Positions 51,685 through 59,591 of a stretch of 59,591 nt of DNA are shown piece by piece. This stretch comes from a virus. The notes below the pieces were generated by a model. The model made no database searches, was not told the origin of the DNA, and saw nothing but the letters and a program-made list of their open reading frames with translations. Position 1 is the first letter of the stretch. Every line of letters begins with the position of its first letter. The position numbers and the translations under genes are program-made. The DNA lies in the IMG/VR virus record IMGVR_UViG_3300028823_000151; one strand, 5' to 3'.

Positions 51685-52117
51685 AGTTAACGTTTTTATT
51701 TATATTTAATACTGAAAATTTAGGTCCAACACCTATAGCAAATCTATTAAATCTATAAAGATACATTACAGAAAAATCTAATTCCATAGAATCAAATCCT
51801 ATGTTGTAATTTATACCTGACTGTACTTGTATTCCATGAACCTTTTTTCTCCATGCAAGTGCTTCAGGTATTGTATCTTTTTGAATAACTATGTCAGAAG
51901 TTCCTTTTCCTTTAGCGTCTACCCTAACAGCTACTGAATTCCGCCTTAGAGTTACCTTATTAACCTTCATGTCCTCACCTGTTATTTTTATTACCTGTAC
52001 TTTGTTAATAGGAATTTTTGTTTCCTTCTTATAGTAATATACAGTTCCTCCAATACCTATTGTAGAACCTATTATAAGGCAGACTAGACCTGTTATAACA
52101 TATTTTTTGTAGTACAT
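51647..52117 (-). CDS. envelope protein with N-terminal TM/signal anchor and an outer-membrane-type C-terminal signature
   Basis: N-terminal VITGLVCLIIGSTIGIGGTV. The C-terminal half has beta-strand-like alternation and ends ...GVNVSAQYWF (terminal aromatic Phe). The gene is convergent with, and overlaps, the holin-like gene by 38 nt. Confidence 0.45.
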   Translation of the reverse strand: MYYKKYVITGLVCLIIGSTIGIGGTVYYYKKETKIPINKVQVIKITGEDMKVNKVTLRRNSVAVRVDAKGKGTSDIVIQKDTIPEALAWRKKVHGIQVQSGINYNIGFDSMELDFSVMYLYRFNRFAIGVGPKFSVLNINKNVNSIGVNVSAQYWF

Positions 52118-52142
52118 TATATACTCCTTATATATTTTAATT

Positions 52143-52185
52143 AACCCCTGTACAGGTAAAAACCTTATAATACAGGGGTTTTTGT
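52143..52185. terminator. hairpin with T-run at the convergent junction
   Basis: aacccctgta...18-nt loop...tacaggggtt followed by tttt. The loop is large and the strand assignment is uncertain. Confidence 0.4.
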
Positions 52186-52198
52186 AAAATTGTACTGG

Positions 52199-52228
52199 CT
52201 CATCTGTCCCAGACGGCAGTTTATTTTA
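52199..52228 (+). repeat. 30-mer CTCATCTGTCCCAGACGGCAGTTTATTTTA, copy 2
   Basis: Identical to 18684-18713. Lies 82 nt from the start of the leftward gene 51647..52117. Confidence 0.9.
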
Positions 52229-52295
52229 ACCCCACGTTAGTTTGTATGTCGGGATTTTATACTTTTATAGTGTTATACTATTACTAACAAAATTA

Positions 52296-53582
52296 TTACA
52301 ATTTTTGATAAACACATTTCAAAGAAGGAAATCTTAAACTTATTTCTCCATTTTCATCTTCTATTTCAGAGAAATAACGGACGGTTACAGTTTTCCCAAC
52401 AATTAAACTTGGATGCTTGTACCAAGAAATTCTTTGTGAATCTGTTAATCCACTTCCAACCCTTTGTTTAAATCCACTATGTTCAATTACAATGTTTCCA
52501 CAACAATCTTGTTGTATACCATCTATAACTTTAGTTCCTACAACTGTATCCACTACAACATATTCATCATCATAGAAAGGCTTTACTTTTAAAAGTTCAT
52601 TGGATCTTTTAAACTTTGTTGTACAATTTTTTCTCAACATTAAACCTTCCCATTCACTTGGAATACTTTCAATTAATAAGCTAAGTTCTTTTTTAGAGTA
52701 GATTAAAGTTTGATCAACAAGCTCTATAAACTTACAATCCTTAACATTATTTGCAAGCTCATCGTATCTTTTTGTAAATACTGTTTCAGTTTCTGTATCA
52801 TCAAATTCTTGTGTACTATATTTATCAAATACAAAAAACTTTGGACTCTCAATAGTATAATTTTTTCTTCTTATAAGTTTCATAATGGATTCAAAATCTT
52901 CATTACCATTTTCATCCACAACACATATTTCTCCATCTAATATTTGTCCTCCTAACTGTATATTATTTACTGGATAATTGTTTAATATATCTTCACTCAG
53001 CTTATCTAGTGTAAAAAATTCTTTTCCATGTCTAGAATAAAACCTTACTTCATCCTTAAATACGAACGCTAAGCAACGGACACCATCAAGTTTTCTACTT
53101 GCATACCAATCATCTTCCTTAAAGTCACACATTCCTTCTTCATAATCTTTTCCCAGAGGAACTAAAAACTCAGAAATTAAATTTGGAAAAGCTTCATTTA
53201 TTGTTTTTACAGATATTCCACATGAAAGATCTTTGTCTAATATTTTTAATATTGTTGCTTCATACAGTCCGTTTTGTTCTATAAAACTTACGCAATGTGC
53301 TATTGCTGTATCGCCTGTTATTCTCCTTGAACTCAAGTCTGTAAGTAGATCAAATATATTATATCCTTGTCTTAATTCTATTTTATACTTTTCATTTTCT
53401 TCATACAACAAAGATTCTATTCTATCAGAAGTAACATAAAAATTTATCATTGGATTATATATAAGTGCTAAGAGTCTTGCACACTTTTCAAATTTAGCAA
53501 TTACTTGTATCTTCCAATACTTGCTATTGTCCTGTGAACAAAAGTGTATAAGTTGAGTCATACTTTCTAATATAGTTTCCAT
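52296..53582 (-). CDS. ATP-dependent DNA ligase
   Basis: SRKLDGVRC (motif I KxDG), ILDGEI (III), FFVFD (IIIa), EGLMLR (IV) and LLKVK (V). Confidence 0.85.
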   Translation of the reverse strand: METILESMTQLIHFCSQDNSKYWKIQVIAKFEKCARLLALIYNPMINFYVTSDRIESLLYEENEKYKIELRQGYNIFDLLTDLSSRRITGDTAIAHCVSFIEQNGLYEATILKILDKDLSCGISVKTINEAFPNLISEFLVPLGKDYEEGMCDFKEDDWYASRKLDGVRCLAFVFKDEVRFYSRHGKEFFTLDKLSEDILNNYPVNNIQLGGQILDGEICVVDENGNEDFESIMKLIRRKNYTIESPKFFVFDKYSTQEFDDTETETVFTKRYDELANNVKDCKFIELVDQTLIYSKKELSLLIESIPSEWEGLMLRKNCTTKFKRSNELLKVKPFYDDEYVVVDTVVGTKVIDGIQQDCCGNIVIEHSGFKQRVGSGLTDSQRISWYKHPSLIVGKTVTVRYFSEIEDENGEISLRFPSLKCVYQKL

Positions 53583-53600
53583 AATTTCTCCTTTTAAATA

Positions 53601-53626
53601 AGGGGTACAGAATAATCTGTACCCCT
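53601..53626 (-). terminator. hairpin between the gene at 53634 and the ligase gene
   Basis: aggggtacag-aataat-ctgtacccct forms a 10-bp stem 8 nt downstream of the stop at 53634. The T-run is weak. Confidence 0.5.
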
Positions 53627-53633
53627 TGTAATT

Positions 53634-54380
53634 TTAGTATTCTACGTCTTCTTCAGATCCTGAACTTTCTATTATTGTATAGTCAGTTTCTGCACCTTTT
53701 AACATTTCCTTAGCAGGAAGAATAAGGTTATCTTTTTCTTCCGCTGTTATGAATCGTAGAAACTCAGGCGTTGCACCTATTGTAAACCAAGAACCTTTAT
53801 CGTTAGATTCTTCAATAGTTGAAAGTTTCCAAACACCAGCCCATGTAACATTAACAGGTTTGCTATTGTGCTTAAGCAATTTTAATCTTGTTGCAAATGA
53901 TTTTGCATGTTTCAATGAAGCAGTTGAAACGGGAAATACAAAAATGTCTGAGGGATTATCTATGTTTAAACAATAGAATTCTATTGTATCAACAATCTCA
54001 TTTCCTTCAGCATCCCATTTTTGTACACCTGATTGGTCAGCGACAATTGCTTGTTCGTTTTCTGGAGTTTTTGGATATCTTCCAACAAACCCACCTCTCT
54101 CTGGACGCCATACCACAAGTGTATGTTCCATCTTTAGAATAACAACATTGATTGAGTCATAAAGTTCTCTTGTCGCCGAGTTACAAAAATGTCCTTCCTC
54201 AGCATTTTCTAAAAACTGTGGATTATTTTTCTTACGTTCTGGACTTAGTGATTGAATAATTTTTAGGAAGGGTGTCTTAAAAGTTTGGCTACTTGTTCCT
54301 TCGAACCCTGAATCCATTCCTTCGAACAATCCTAATTCTGCAATTTCTGTACTTTCTTTTTTCGCAACTTCTTTACTCAT
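53634..54380 (-). CDS. hypothetical replication-module protein with acidic C-terminal tail (possible ssDNA-binding protein)
   Basis: Lies among the replication genes. The C-terminus ESSGSEEDVEY recalls the acidic tails of SSBs. I recognised no OB motif. Confidence 0.3.
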   Translation of the reverse strand: MSKEVAKKESTEIAELGLFEGMDSGFEGTSSQTFKTPFLKIIQSLSPERKKNNPQFLENAEEGHFCNSATRELYDSINVVILKMEHTLVVWRPERGGFVGRYPKTPENEQAIVADQSGVQKWDAEGNEIVDTIEFYCLNIDNPSDIFVFPVSTASLKHAKSFATRLKLLKHNSKPVNVTWAGVWKLSTIEESNDKGSWFTIGATPEFLRFITAEEKDNLILPAKEMLKGAETDYTIIESSGSEEDVEY

Positions 54381-54405
54381 GGTTTTCTCCTATCATTTAA
54401 TTTTA

Positions 54406-54951
54406 TTATTTAATTTTTGTTTCTCTGTACTGATATACTGAGATTCCTTCTGGTATTTTTTCACCAGATTCTAGCTTTGTACGACAATACTTAGACAGTG
54501 TTTGATGATGGATGCTTTTCTTACTTTCATAAGCAACATCATTTTCAAGTAAGTAGTCAAATACTTCTTCATCCATTTCATTTTCATCAATAACTATCTC
54601 TGACTTAAATAGAGCATTAATACGTTCTTCTGCCTCTACGTCACCTCCTTCAGCATTAACCATGTTTCTGTAGGCTTCAACATAGTTCTTGTTTGAAATG
54701 CTTGCTTTAATTTTATCTTCAACTATTACTTCCTCACCTGAGGAAAGTGTTAGTTTAGATACTCCAATTGAATCAAAAAGCTCTGGAATATATTCCCTTG
54801 AAACTTTTTCCAGTTCTTCTTTTTTGTTTTTAAGACTTTGTTCAATACCTTCAATCTCTATTGCAAGAGTTCTTTGTTTATTACAAAGATCCGACAATAG
54901 TTCTAAGGAATCTTGTGATACCTCAGACTGTTCATTAAATAAGTCAGTCAT
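54406..54951 (-). CDS. acidic coiled-coil hypothetical protein
   Basis: Packing and composition only. Confidence 0.45.
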   Translation of the reverse strand: MTDLFNEQSEVSQDSLELLSDLCNKQRTLAIEIEGIEQSLKNKKEELEKVSREYIPELFDSIGVSKLTLSSGEEVIVEDKIKASISNKNYVEAYRNMVNAEGGDVEAEERINALFKSEIVIDENEMDEEVFDYLLENDVAYESKKSIHHQTLSKYCRTKLESGEKIPEGISVYQYRETKIK

Positions 54952-55213
54952 TATTTCCTCCTATTATTTCTATTTTATTTGAACTTATTTTAATTTCAGA
55001 GATATTTACGTTAGTAAAAAACTCTGGAAAACTAGTTTCATGTAACACTACAAGTTCGTTTTCCTTTTGTTCTAACAAGGTTTTTGTCTCTAAAATTTCT
55101 TTCATTAAGGTTACTCTTCTATCACATAGTGAAATAAAAGAAAGCCAATTTTCAAAAGTTAAGTTGTCCTTTTCCATAAACTCCTTTTCCAATTTAGTTA
55201 CTAAATTCTTCAT
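54944..55213 (-). CDS. hypothetical protein
   Basis: Overlaps both neighbours (8 nt and 4 nt). Confidence 0.45.
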   Translation of the reverse strand: MKNLVTKLEKEFMEKDNLTFENWLSFISLCDRRVTLMKEILETKTLLEQKENELVVLHETSFPEFFTNVNISEIKISSNKIEIIGGNND

Positions 55214-55536
55214 ACTCTTACCATCTCTCTACTTTTGTTTTTAGTAGGGATTTGTGGTAGAAAAAATCCTATAGCATAAATAAATCCAAATATAAAGAAC
55301 ATAGCTATAAACATTCCAACCCTTACAGTAGAAACAGGAATATCAAATTTATGTGCTATTCCTCCGCAAAGACCCAATACAACTTTTTCATCTGAGCTTC
55401 TGTAAAAACCTTCATACTTCTTTTCTAATTCTTTTTGATAAAAATCTTTTGGTTCGTAATGGACAGAGATATCATTATCACTAATTGCTTTATCATAACC
55501 TATCTCAAGTTCATTTCCACAATGTTGACATTTCAT
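55210..55536 (-). CDS. zinc-ribbon plus PspC-domain membrane protein
   Basis: The N-terminal CQHCGN is followed by KVVLGLCGGIAHKFDIPVSTVRVGMFIAMFFIF, which follows the PspC domain pattern. Confidence 0.55.
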   Translation of the reverse strand: MKCQHCGNELEIGYDKAISDNDISVHYEPKDFYQKELEKKYEGFYRSSDEKVVLGLCGGIAHKFDIPVSTVRVGMFIAMFFIFGFIYAIGFFLPQIPTKNKSREMVRV

Positions 55537-55546
55537 ATTGCTCTCC

Positions 55547-55903
55547 TTATTTATAAATATTAAAATAAAACTCTCGCTGACAAGCTAACTGTTTTCTTAT
55601 ATAACTTTCTTTTGGTGGTAAGAAATAAAGTTTACCATAGTCATATAAACATAGACAAATACTATTGCGATTTCCAAAACGCTTATTCTCTTTTATCCAT
55701 GCTAACTGTCCTGGCCTCCAGTCTGGTTTTATTACTTCTGAATGATAAGGTTCCTTTGAACATTTTAATTCTATCCAAAGTATATTATCATTTTTAGCTG
55801 TATAAATGTCTGGTAACCTTTTACTTTCTACACGGAAAAAGAAAACACCTTCCCTTATTAGTAAAGGCGATACCATTTTTTTATACACTTCAGATTCAGT
55901 CAT
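55547..55903 (-). CDS. PD-(D/E)xK nuclease (VRR-NUC / resolvase-like)
   Basis: FFFRVES...LPDIYT...ILWIELKC gives E, D and E-x-K elements. Its adjacency to an SNF2 helicase is a common phage arrangement. Confidence 0.55.
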   Translation of the reverse strand: MTESEVYKKMVSPLLIREGVFFFRVESKRLPDIYTAKNDNILWIELKCSKEPYHSEVIKPDWRPGQLAWIKENKRFGNRNSICLCLYDYGKLYFLPPKESYIRKQLACQREFYFNIYK

Positions 55904-57550
55904 TTAATCCTCCAAAAAATTATCTGGGTTTGTTCTAAAGTAGTTTATAAGATTTTCTTTACGCTTTAACACTTCATAGATTCGAACATCGACAGTGTTC
56001 TTACATATAATATCTTTATAAAGTACTTTGTTTGTCTGACCAATTCTATGAGATCTATCCTCAGCTTGTAACCTTGAATCAGCCTTATGTGAATTACTAT
56101 AAAAATATTGTAAAGTTGAAAGCTGTAAATTTAATCCTTCCCCTCCTTTTAATGTACTTGCTATCAATATTTGAAATTCTTTTTTCTTAAATCTTTCAAT
56201 AATCTCATACGAACTTCCTCCATAATATTTTTCACAAGTGTATCCTGCTTGAGAAACTTTTTCAGTTATTAAGTCTATTTCTCCTCTGAACCTTGCCCAA
56301 ATAATTATGAAAGTTTCTTTAGGAACAGTTTCTAAATCTTCCAATAAAACTTTTATTTTATTGTTACTTTCTATGTATTCATATTCAAAAGTAGAGTCAA
56401 AGAATTCATCGCCATCTGAATTTACTTTTATAGTTGTTTCAGCGTAAGGAAATAATCCTCCAGTAACCATTTGTAACCTTAAATACATTACAACTTTGTT
56501 TACTATATTTATTTCTTTTCCTTGATACTCTGAATACATATCCTTTTTAATTTCTTCATAGATTTTCTTTTGTTCCTTACTTAAATCACAGTACAATTTT
56601 TCGTAAACTTTATCAGGTAAATCTAAACAATCTTCTTTCTTTACAAAGAAAGTGATTTCTTTTATTTTGTCTTTCAACTCTGGTAAGTTTTTGTATGAAG
56701 CAAACTCATCCATTCTTCTTACTTGTAAAATGTCTTTTGTTTTCATACCAAATTGTATTGAAATTTCTTGTAACTTTTGGTTAGTTAATTTTTCCTCCTT
56801 CTTTAATCTATTTTTAATAAAGCTAAAAGTCTTTTCATCAAGTACAGTAAAATATCTTCTACCTTCATTTGTAGATTTCTGTATCATAATTCCATAATGA
56901 TGTTCAAAGTAAAAGTAGTCCATACCAAAAAAGTTCTTTTGTAAAAATTCAAATTGACTCCAAAGATCAAAAGGATTATTTGGTGTTGGTGTACCTGTAA
57001 GTATAGTTTTATACTCTACACCTGCAAACATGTCAAGAATTTTATTTGTTCTTTTAGCACCTCCACGTTTTCCCCTTACAGGTTTTCTTCTACCGTTTTT
57101 AATCTTTGTACTTTCGTCAATTATTACAAATACTTTTCTATTATCCAATATGTATTTTATATATAAATCTATTGTATCCGACTGAAAGGCTTCAACGTTA
57201 GTAGAAAAAACAAATAATTTATTCTTATCTGAAACATATTTTTCAAATTCGTTTTTAAATTTCTTTGTCTTTCCTCCATTCCATTCAATTCCATTCCATT
57301 CTTTTATAATACAATGCTCTTCATATTGTTCCTCTATCCATTGACTTTTGACAGCATTTGGACTTATAATAATTACAGCGTCTATCTTATCTTGCATATA
57401 CAGTAAACTTGATTTTTCTATAGCAACTTTCGATTTACCTGTACCCTGTTCCATAAATAAAGCAAAACAACTTTTGTCTGATATAAATTCTTTTGCTTGT
57501 ATTTGATGTTCGTACATCGGAGGAATTTTCTTTAAAGAAATTGTTTTCAT
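55904..57550 (-). CDS. SNF2-family (superfamily 2) helicase/ATPase
   Basis: MEQGTGKS (I), VIIDESTKIKN (II), LTGTPTPNNPFDLWSQFEFL (III), ASTLKGGEGLNLQ (V) and QAEDRSHRIGQ (VI). Confidence 0.85.
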   Translation of the reverse strand: MKTISLKKIPPMYEHQIQAKEFISDKSCFALFMEQGTGKSKVAIEKSSLLYMQDKIDAVIIISPNAVKSQWIEEQYEEHCIIKEWNGIEWNGGKTKKFKNEFEKYVSDKNKLFVFSTNVEAFQSDTIDLYIKYILDNRKVFVIIDESTKIKNGRRKPVRGKRGGAKRTNKILDMFAGVEYKTILTGTPTPNNPFDLWSQFEFLQKNFFGMDYFYFEHHYGIMIQKSTNEGRRYFTVLDEKTFSFIKNRLKKEEKLTNQKLQEISIQFGMKTKDILQVRRMDEFASYKNLPELKDKIKEITFFVKKEDCLDLPDKVYEKLYCDLSKEQKKIYEEIKKDMYSEYQGKEINIVNKVVMYLRLQMVTGGLFPYAETTIKVNSDGDEFFDSTFEYEYIESNNKIKVLLEDLETVPKETFIIIWARFRGEIDLITEKVSQAGYTCEKYYGGSSYEIIERFKKKEFQILIASTLKGGEGLNLQLSTLQYFYSNSHKADSRLQAEDRSHRIGQTNKVLYKDIICKNTVDVRIYEVLKRKENLINYFRTNPDNFLED

Positions 57551-57559
57551 ACTATACCT

Positions 57560-58237
57560 CTAATACAAACAATATTTTTCTCGATAAGCTTCCCAAAGAC
57601 CAAATTCCTTTATTGCTTCAAAACATTCTATTATTTCTCGATTTATTTCCAATTCCAAAAGGTCAAAATTGTTTACGCGAAATTTTTCTATGTGAATGTC
57701 CTTTATTTTTGGATACTCATCCCATTCAGCTATTATATATTCAAAGTCTTTACACTTTGTAATATAACAATAGAGTTTATGCTGGACGCCTTTAACGTAC
57801 TTATTCTTTTTATAAGAGCCAGTTGTCTTAATGTCTTTTATAAAAGTAATTTCTTTATCCTTTTCCTTTACTGCATCATACTTTGCATAAAGATAACACT
57901 TGTAACCTTCTATATCTTTAGTTATTCCACCTTTCTTTCCAAAGGAAAAACCTTTTACTTCACTGCAAACTTTTTGAAAGTGGATTGAACCTCCAATAGA
58001 ATCATTATTTGCAACTGCATAAACTTTTTTCTCAAACTCCACTCCTCTGCGAGCTGCTTCAGGAAAATCTCCCGGAATACGATTAAGGGTATCTGAAAGA
58101 TCTTGTAAAGCCTTTTCACTCCAAGTTGTTTTTCCATCCCCGCCTTTATCCTCTTTGATAACTGTATGCGGAGCTTCTATTGCCCATCTTACAGCACCAA
58201 TTAAATTTTGTGTAACTAAGTGTGCTTTTTCACCCAT
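57560..58237 (-). CDS. PD-(D/E)XK (RecB/Cas4-like) nuclease
   Basis: RRGVEFEKKV, YLYAKYDAV, FIKDIKTTG (D/E-x-K) and QHKLYCYI (Q...Y). Confidence 0.6.
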   Translation of the reverse strand: MGEKAHLVTQNLIGAVRWAIEAPHTVIKEDKGGDGKTTWSEKALQDLSDTLNRIPGDFPEAARRGVEFEKKVYAVANNDSIGGSIHFQKVCSEVKGFSFGKKGGITKDIEGYKCYLYAKYDAVKEKDKEITFIKDIKTTGSYKKNKYVKGVQHKLYCYITKCKDFEYIIAEWDEYPKIKDIHIEKFRVNNFDLLELEINREIIECFEAIKEFGLWEAYREKYCLY

Positions 58238-58409
58238 CCTTTTTCTCCTTTTTGTTTTCGTTTAGCCAATCATAATCTATAGGACTATAACCTTCAAGCA
58301 TTCTTCTTTTAAAAATTCTATGTTTACATTTCTTACATTCATAATAGTTATGAACTCCAGAATACTTTACAAACTTGTATCTATGAATTAAACATACTCT
58401 ATTTTCCAT
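58230..58409 (-). CDS. 59-aa zinc-finger-like protein (below the track cutoff)
   Basis: My own translation gives MENRVCLIHRYKFVKYSGVHNYYECKKCKHRIFKRRMLEGYSPIDYDWLNENKKEKKDG*. It overlaps the polymerase stop by 22 nt and the next gene's start by 8 nt, and fills an otherwise unexplained 150-nt gap. Confidence 0.35.
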   Translation of the reverse strand: MENRVCLIHRYKFVKYSGVHNYYECKKCKHRIFKRRMLEGYSPIDYDWLNENKKEKKDG

Positions 58410-59591
58410 TCCTTTAGATCCCCCCAGTTTTCACCAATTTCTGCATCGACTATTACAGGAACCCTTAGACGTATACTTGTTTCCATTATGTGTTTCAATT
58501 CTTCGCCTGCATCCCTACCTATTTCAGTTCTTGGCATACTACAGTCCATTTCATCATGGACTGTTAAGTGTGGAATTAGAACGTCGAATACTCCAGCTTC
58601 ATAAGCATCAACCATAGACTTTTTCATAATGTCTGCTGCAGAACCTTGTATAAGTCTATTAAACATTATATATTCTTTTCCAGACTGTGGCATACGAGCA
58701 CGACGATTTAATATTGTTCTTATGTATCCAAACCGTTTTGCCTTTGATGCAACTCTCCTTCCTGTCTCTTTAACGAATGGAACTTTTGAATGATACATTT
58801 CATAAACAGCCTTAGCACCTTCAAGTTCCCAATTATATTTTCTAGACATAGATGTAATTCCCATCCCATAAGCAGCTCCAAAGTTTAGTGTCTTAATAAC
58901 CTTACGGTCATCAATACCTGTCATTTCCATAAGTTCAGCATGGTAGTCTACGTTTGGATCGTTAATATATCTTTGTCGTATAACCTCTGAACCTTCTCCA
59001 GAAGCGTAATGTGCTATAAGTCGATATTCAATTTGTGACCAGTCCATCTTTAACCAATCACAACCTTCCTCTGGAACAAATAGTTTTCTTACAACTTGAC
59101 CGGACAATACTTCACTATCATGTTGTATATATTCGTTTTCATTTTTTCCAGAAACTTGCTGTAAATTTGGATTTGATGAAGAGAACCTTCCACTTACTGT
59201 TCCATAATCATCACTTCTTAATTGATTAAAGCTACAATGTAGTCTATCACCTACCATTAATTCTGGATAAGGATGTATAAACATATTTAATAAAGTGGAA
59301 ATATGTCTAATTTCTAATATTTTTTTAGCTAGATCATGATCCATTTTACTTAATGTTTCCTTATCAAACTTTGGATTTCCTTTAAGTTGTCCTTTCATTA
59401 TCATTAACTCAGTAGGTTCATTGTATTCTACAGGATGTCCCATAGACAAAAACAATTTTTCTAACTGTTTTCCACTGTTCGCATTAAGTTCTCTGCCAGC
59501 TATTTGATTTAATTCATCTTGTAGATCGTACCTTAAATCATCAAGTTGCATTCCTGTTTTGTACAGCTTTTCTTTATCAACCCTTACACCT
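58388..59591 (-). CDS. DNA polymerase I family (PolA-type), polymerase domain; continues upstream into 1..797 across the circular junction
   Basis: KMDWSQIEYRLIAHY (motif A), RKVIKTLNFGAAYGMG (motif B) and HLTVHDEMD (motif C). The frame is open beyond the listed Met at 59551 up to the window end. Confidence 0.9.
   Translation of the reverse strand, partial: GVRVDKEKLYKTGMQLDDLRYDLQDELNQIAGRELNANSGKQLEKLFLSMGHPVEYNEPTELMIMKGQLKGNPKFDKETLSKMDHDLAKKILEIRHISTLLNMFIHPYPELMVGDRLHCSFNQLRSDDYGTVSGRFSSSNPNLQQVSGKNENEYIQHDSEVLSGQVVRKLFVPEEGCDWLKMDWSQIEYRLIAHYASGEGSEVIRQRYINDPNVDYHAELMEMTGIDDRKVIKTLNFGAAYGMGITSMSRKYNWELEGAKAVYEMYHSKVPFVKETGRRVASKAKRFGYIRTILNRRARMPQSGKEYIMFNRLIQGSAADIMKKSMVDAYEAGVFDVLIPHLTVHDEMDCSMPRTEIGRDAGEELKHIMETSIRLRVPVIVDAEIGENWGDLKEWKIEYV
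59448..59591. repeat. terminal overlap, right copy (identical to 1..144)
   Basis: As for the left copy. The repeat lies inside the polymerase ORF, so it most likely reflects circular assembly or a permuted genome. Confidence 0.95.

Noticed and set aside
52143-52185. Confident assignment of this hairpin as the terminator of the late rightward operon
   Set aside because: The loop is 18 nt, and the leftward gene 51647..52117 lies between the hairpin and the last rightward gene. I kept it only as a low-confidence, strand-ambiguous feature.
52710-59229. Short plus-strand or alternate-frame ORFs inside the ligase, SNF2, nuclease and polymerase genes
   Set aside because: These are shadow ORFs of AT-rich coding DNA opposite genes with clear catalytic motifs. 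The ORFs are 52710..52940, 53233..53439, 53749..53976, 53888..54142, 54689..54982, 55612..55797, 56652..56897, 56954..57166, 57493..57762, 57692..57988, 57955..58137 and 59035..59229.
1-59591. Prophage, integrative element or plasmid interpretation
   Set aside because: I recognised no integrase, recombinase, excisionase pair, CI/Cro-type switch, partition or plasmid-replication genes, and no host flanks. The sequence closes on itself as a complete virion-type genome.

Overview
The window is a complete, circularly closed genome of an AT-rich tailed dsDNA phage. Bases 1-144 are identical to 59448-59591, so the unit length is 59,447 bp. The junction cuts through a family-A DNA polymerase gene (797->1 joined to 59447->58388, minus strand). 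Coding is dense, with strong Shine-Dalgarno sites (AAGGAGG-like) and many overlapping start/stop codons. The circle has two transcriptional hemispheres. A leftward block (51647 -> 59447/1 -> 18498) carries replication, recombination, nucleotide metabolism and many small accessory genes. A rightward block (18970 -> 51684) carries three small self-contained cassettes, terminase, portal, MuF-like head protein, a fibre-like block, scaffold/capsid, connector, contractile tail (sheath, tube, chaperone with -1 frameshift, tape measure), an XkdP-U-like baseplate, two BNR-propeller distal tail proteins and holin-like genes. I recognised no tRNA, rRNA, CRISPR array, integrase, transposase, repressor/lysogeny module or RNA polymerase. 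The most interesting feature is a six-gene island (794-5624) next to the polymerase gene. It encodes a dCMP-type deaminase, a T4 gp42-like deoxypyrimidine hydroxymethylase, a YfbR-like dNMP nucleotidase, a radical SAM/SPASM enzyme, an aGPT-pyrophosphorylase-like protein and a GT-A-like protein. This predicts a hypermodified pyrimidine in the virion DNA made by an enzyme combination I do not know from described systems. Other notable features follow. There is a phage-encoded FadL-like outer-membrane barrel. A 1.1-kb ORF-free region is packed with TGAGTARC iterons inside a cassette bracketed by inverted repeats. A family of palindromic operators sits in front of modular early cassettes. An identical 30-mer occurs at both strand-switch junctions. 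All family assignments come from motifs read by eye and from memory; no database search, HMM or folding was possible. The ORF track uses the longest ATG/GTG/TTG ORFs, so I moved several starts where an SD-ATG was evident.
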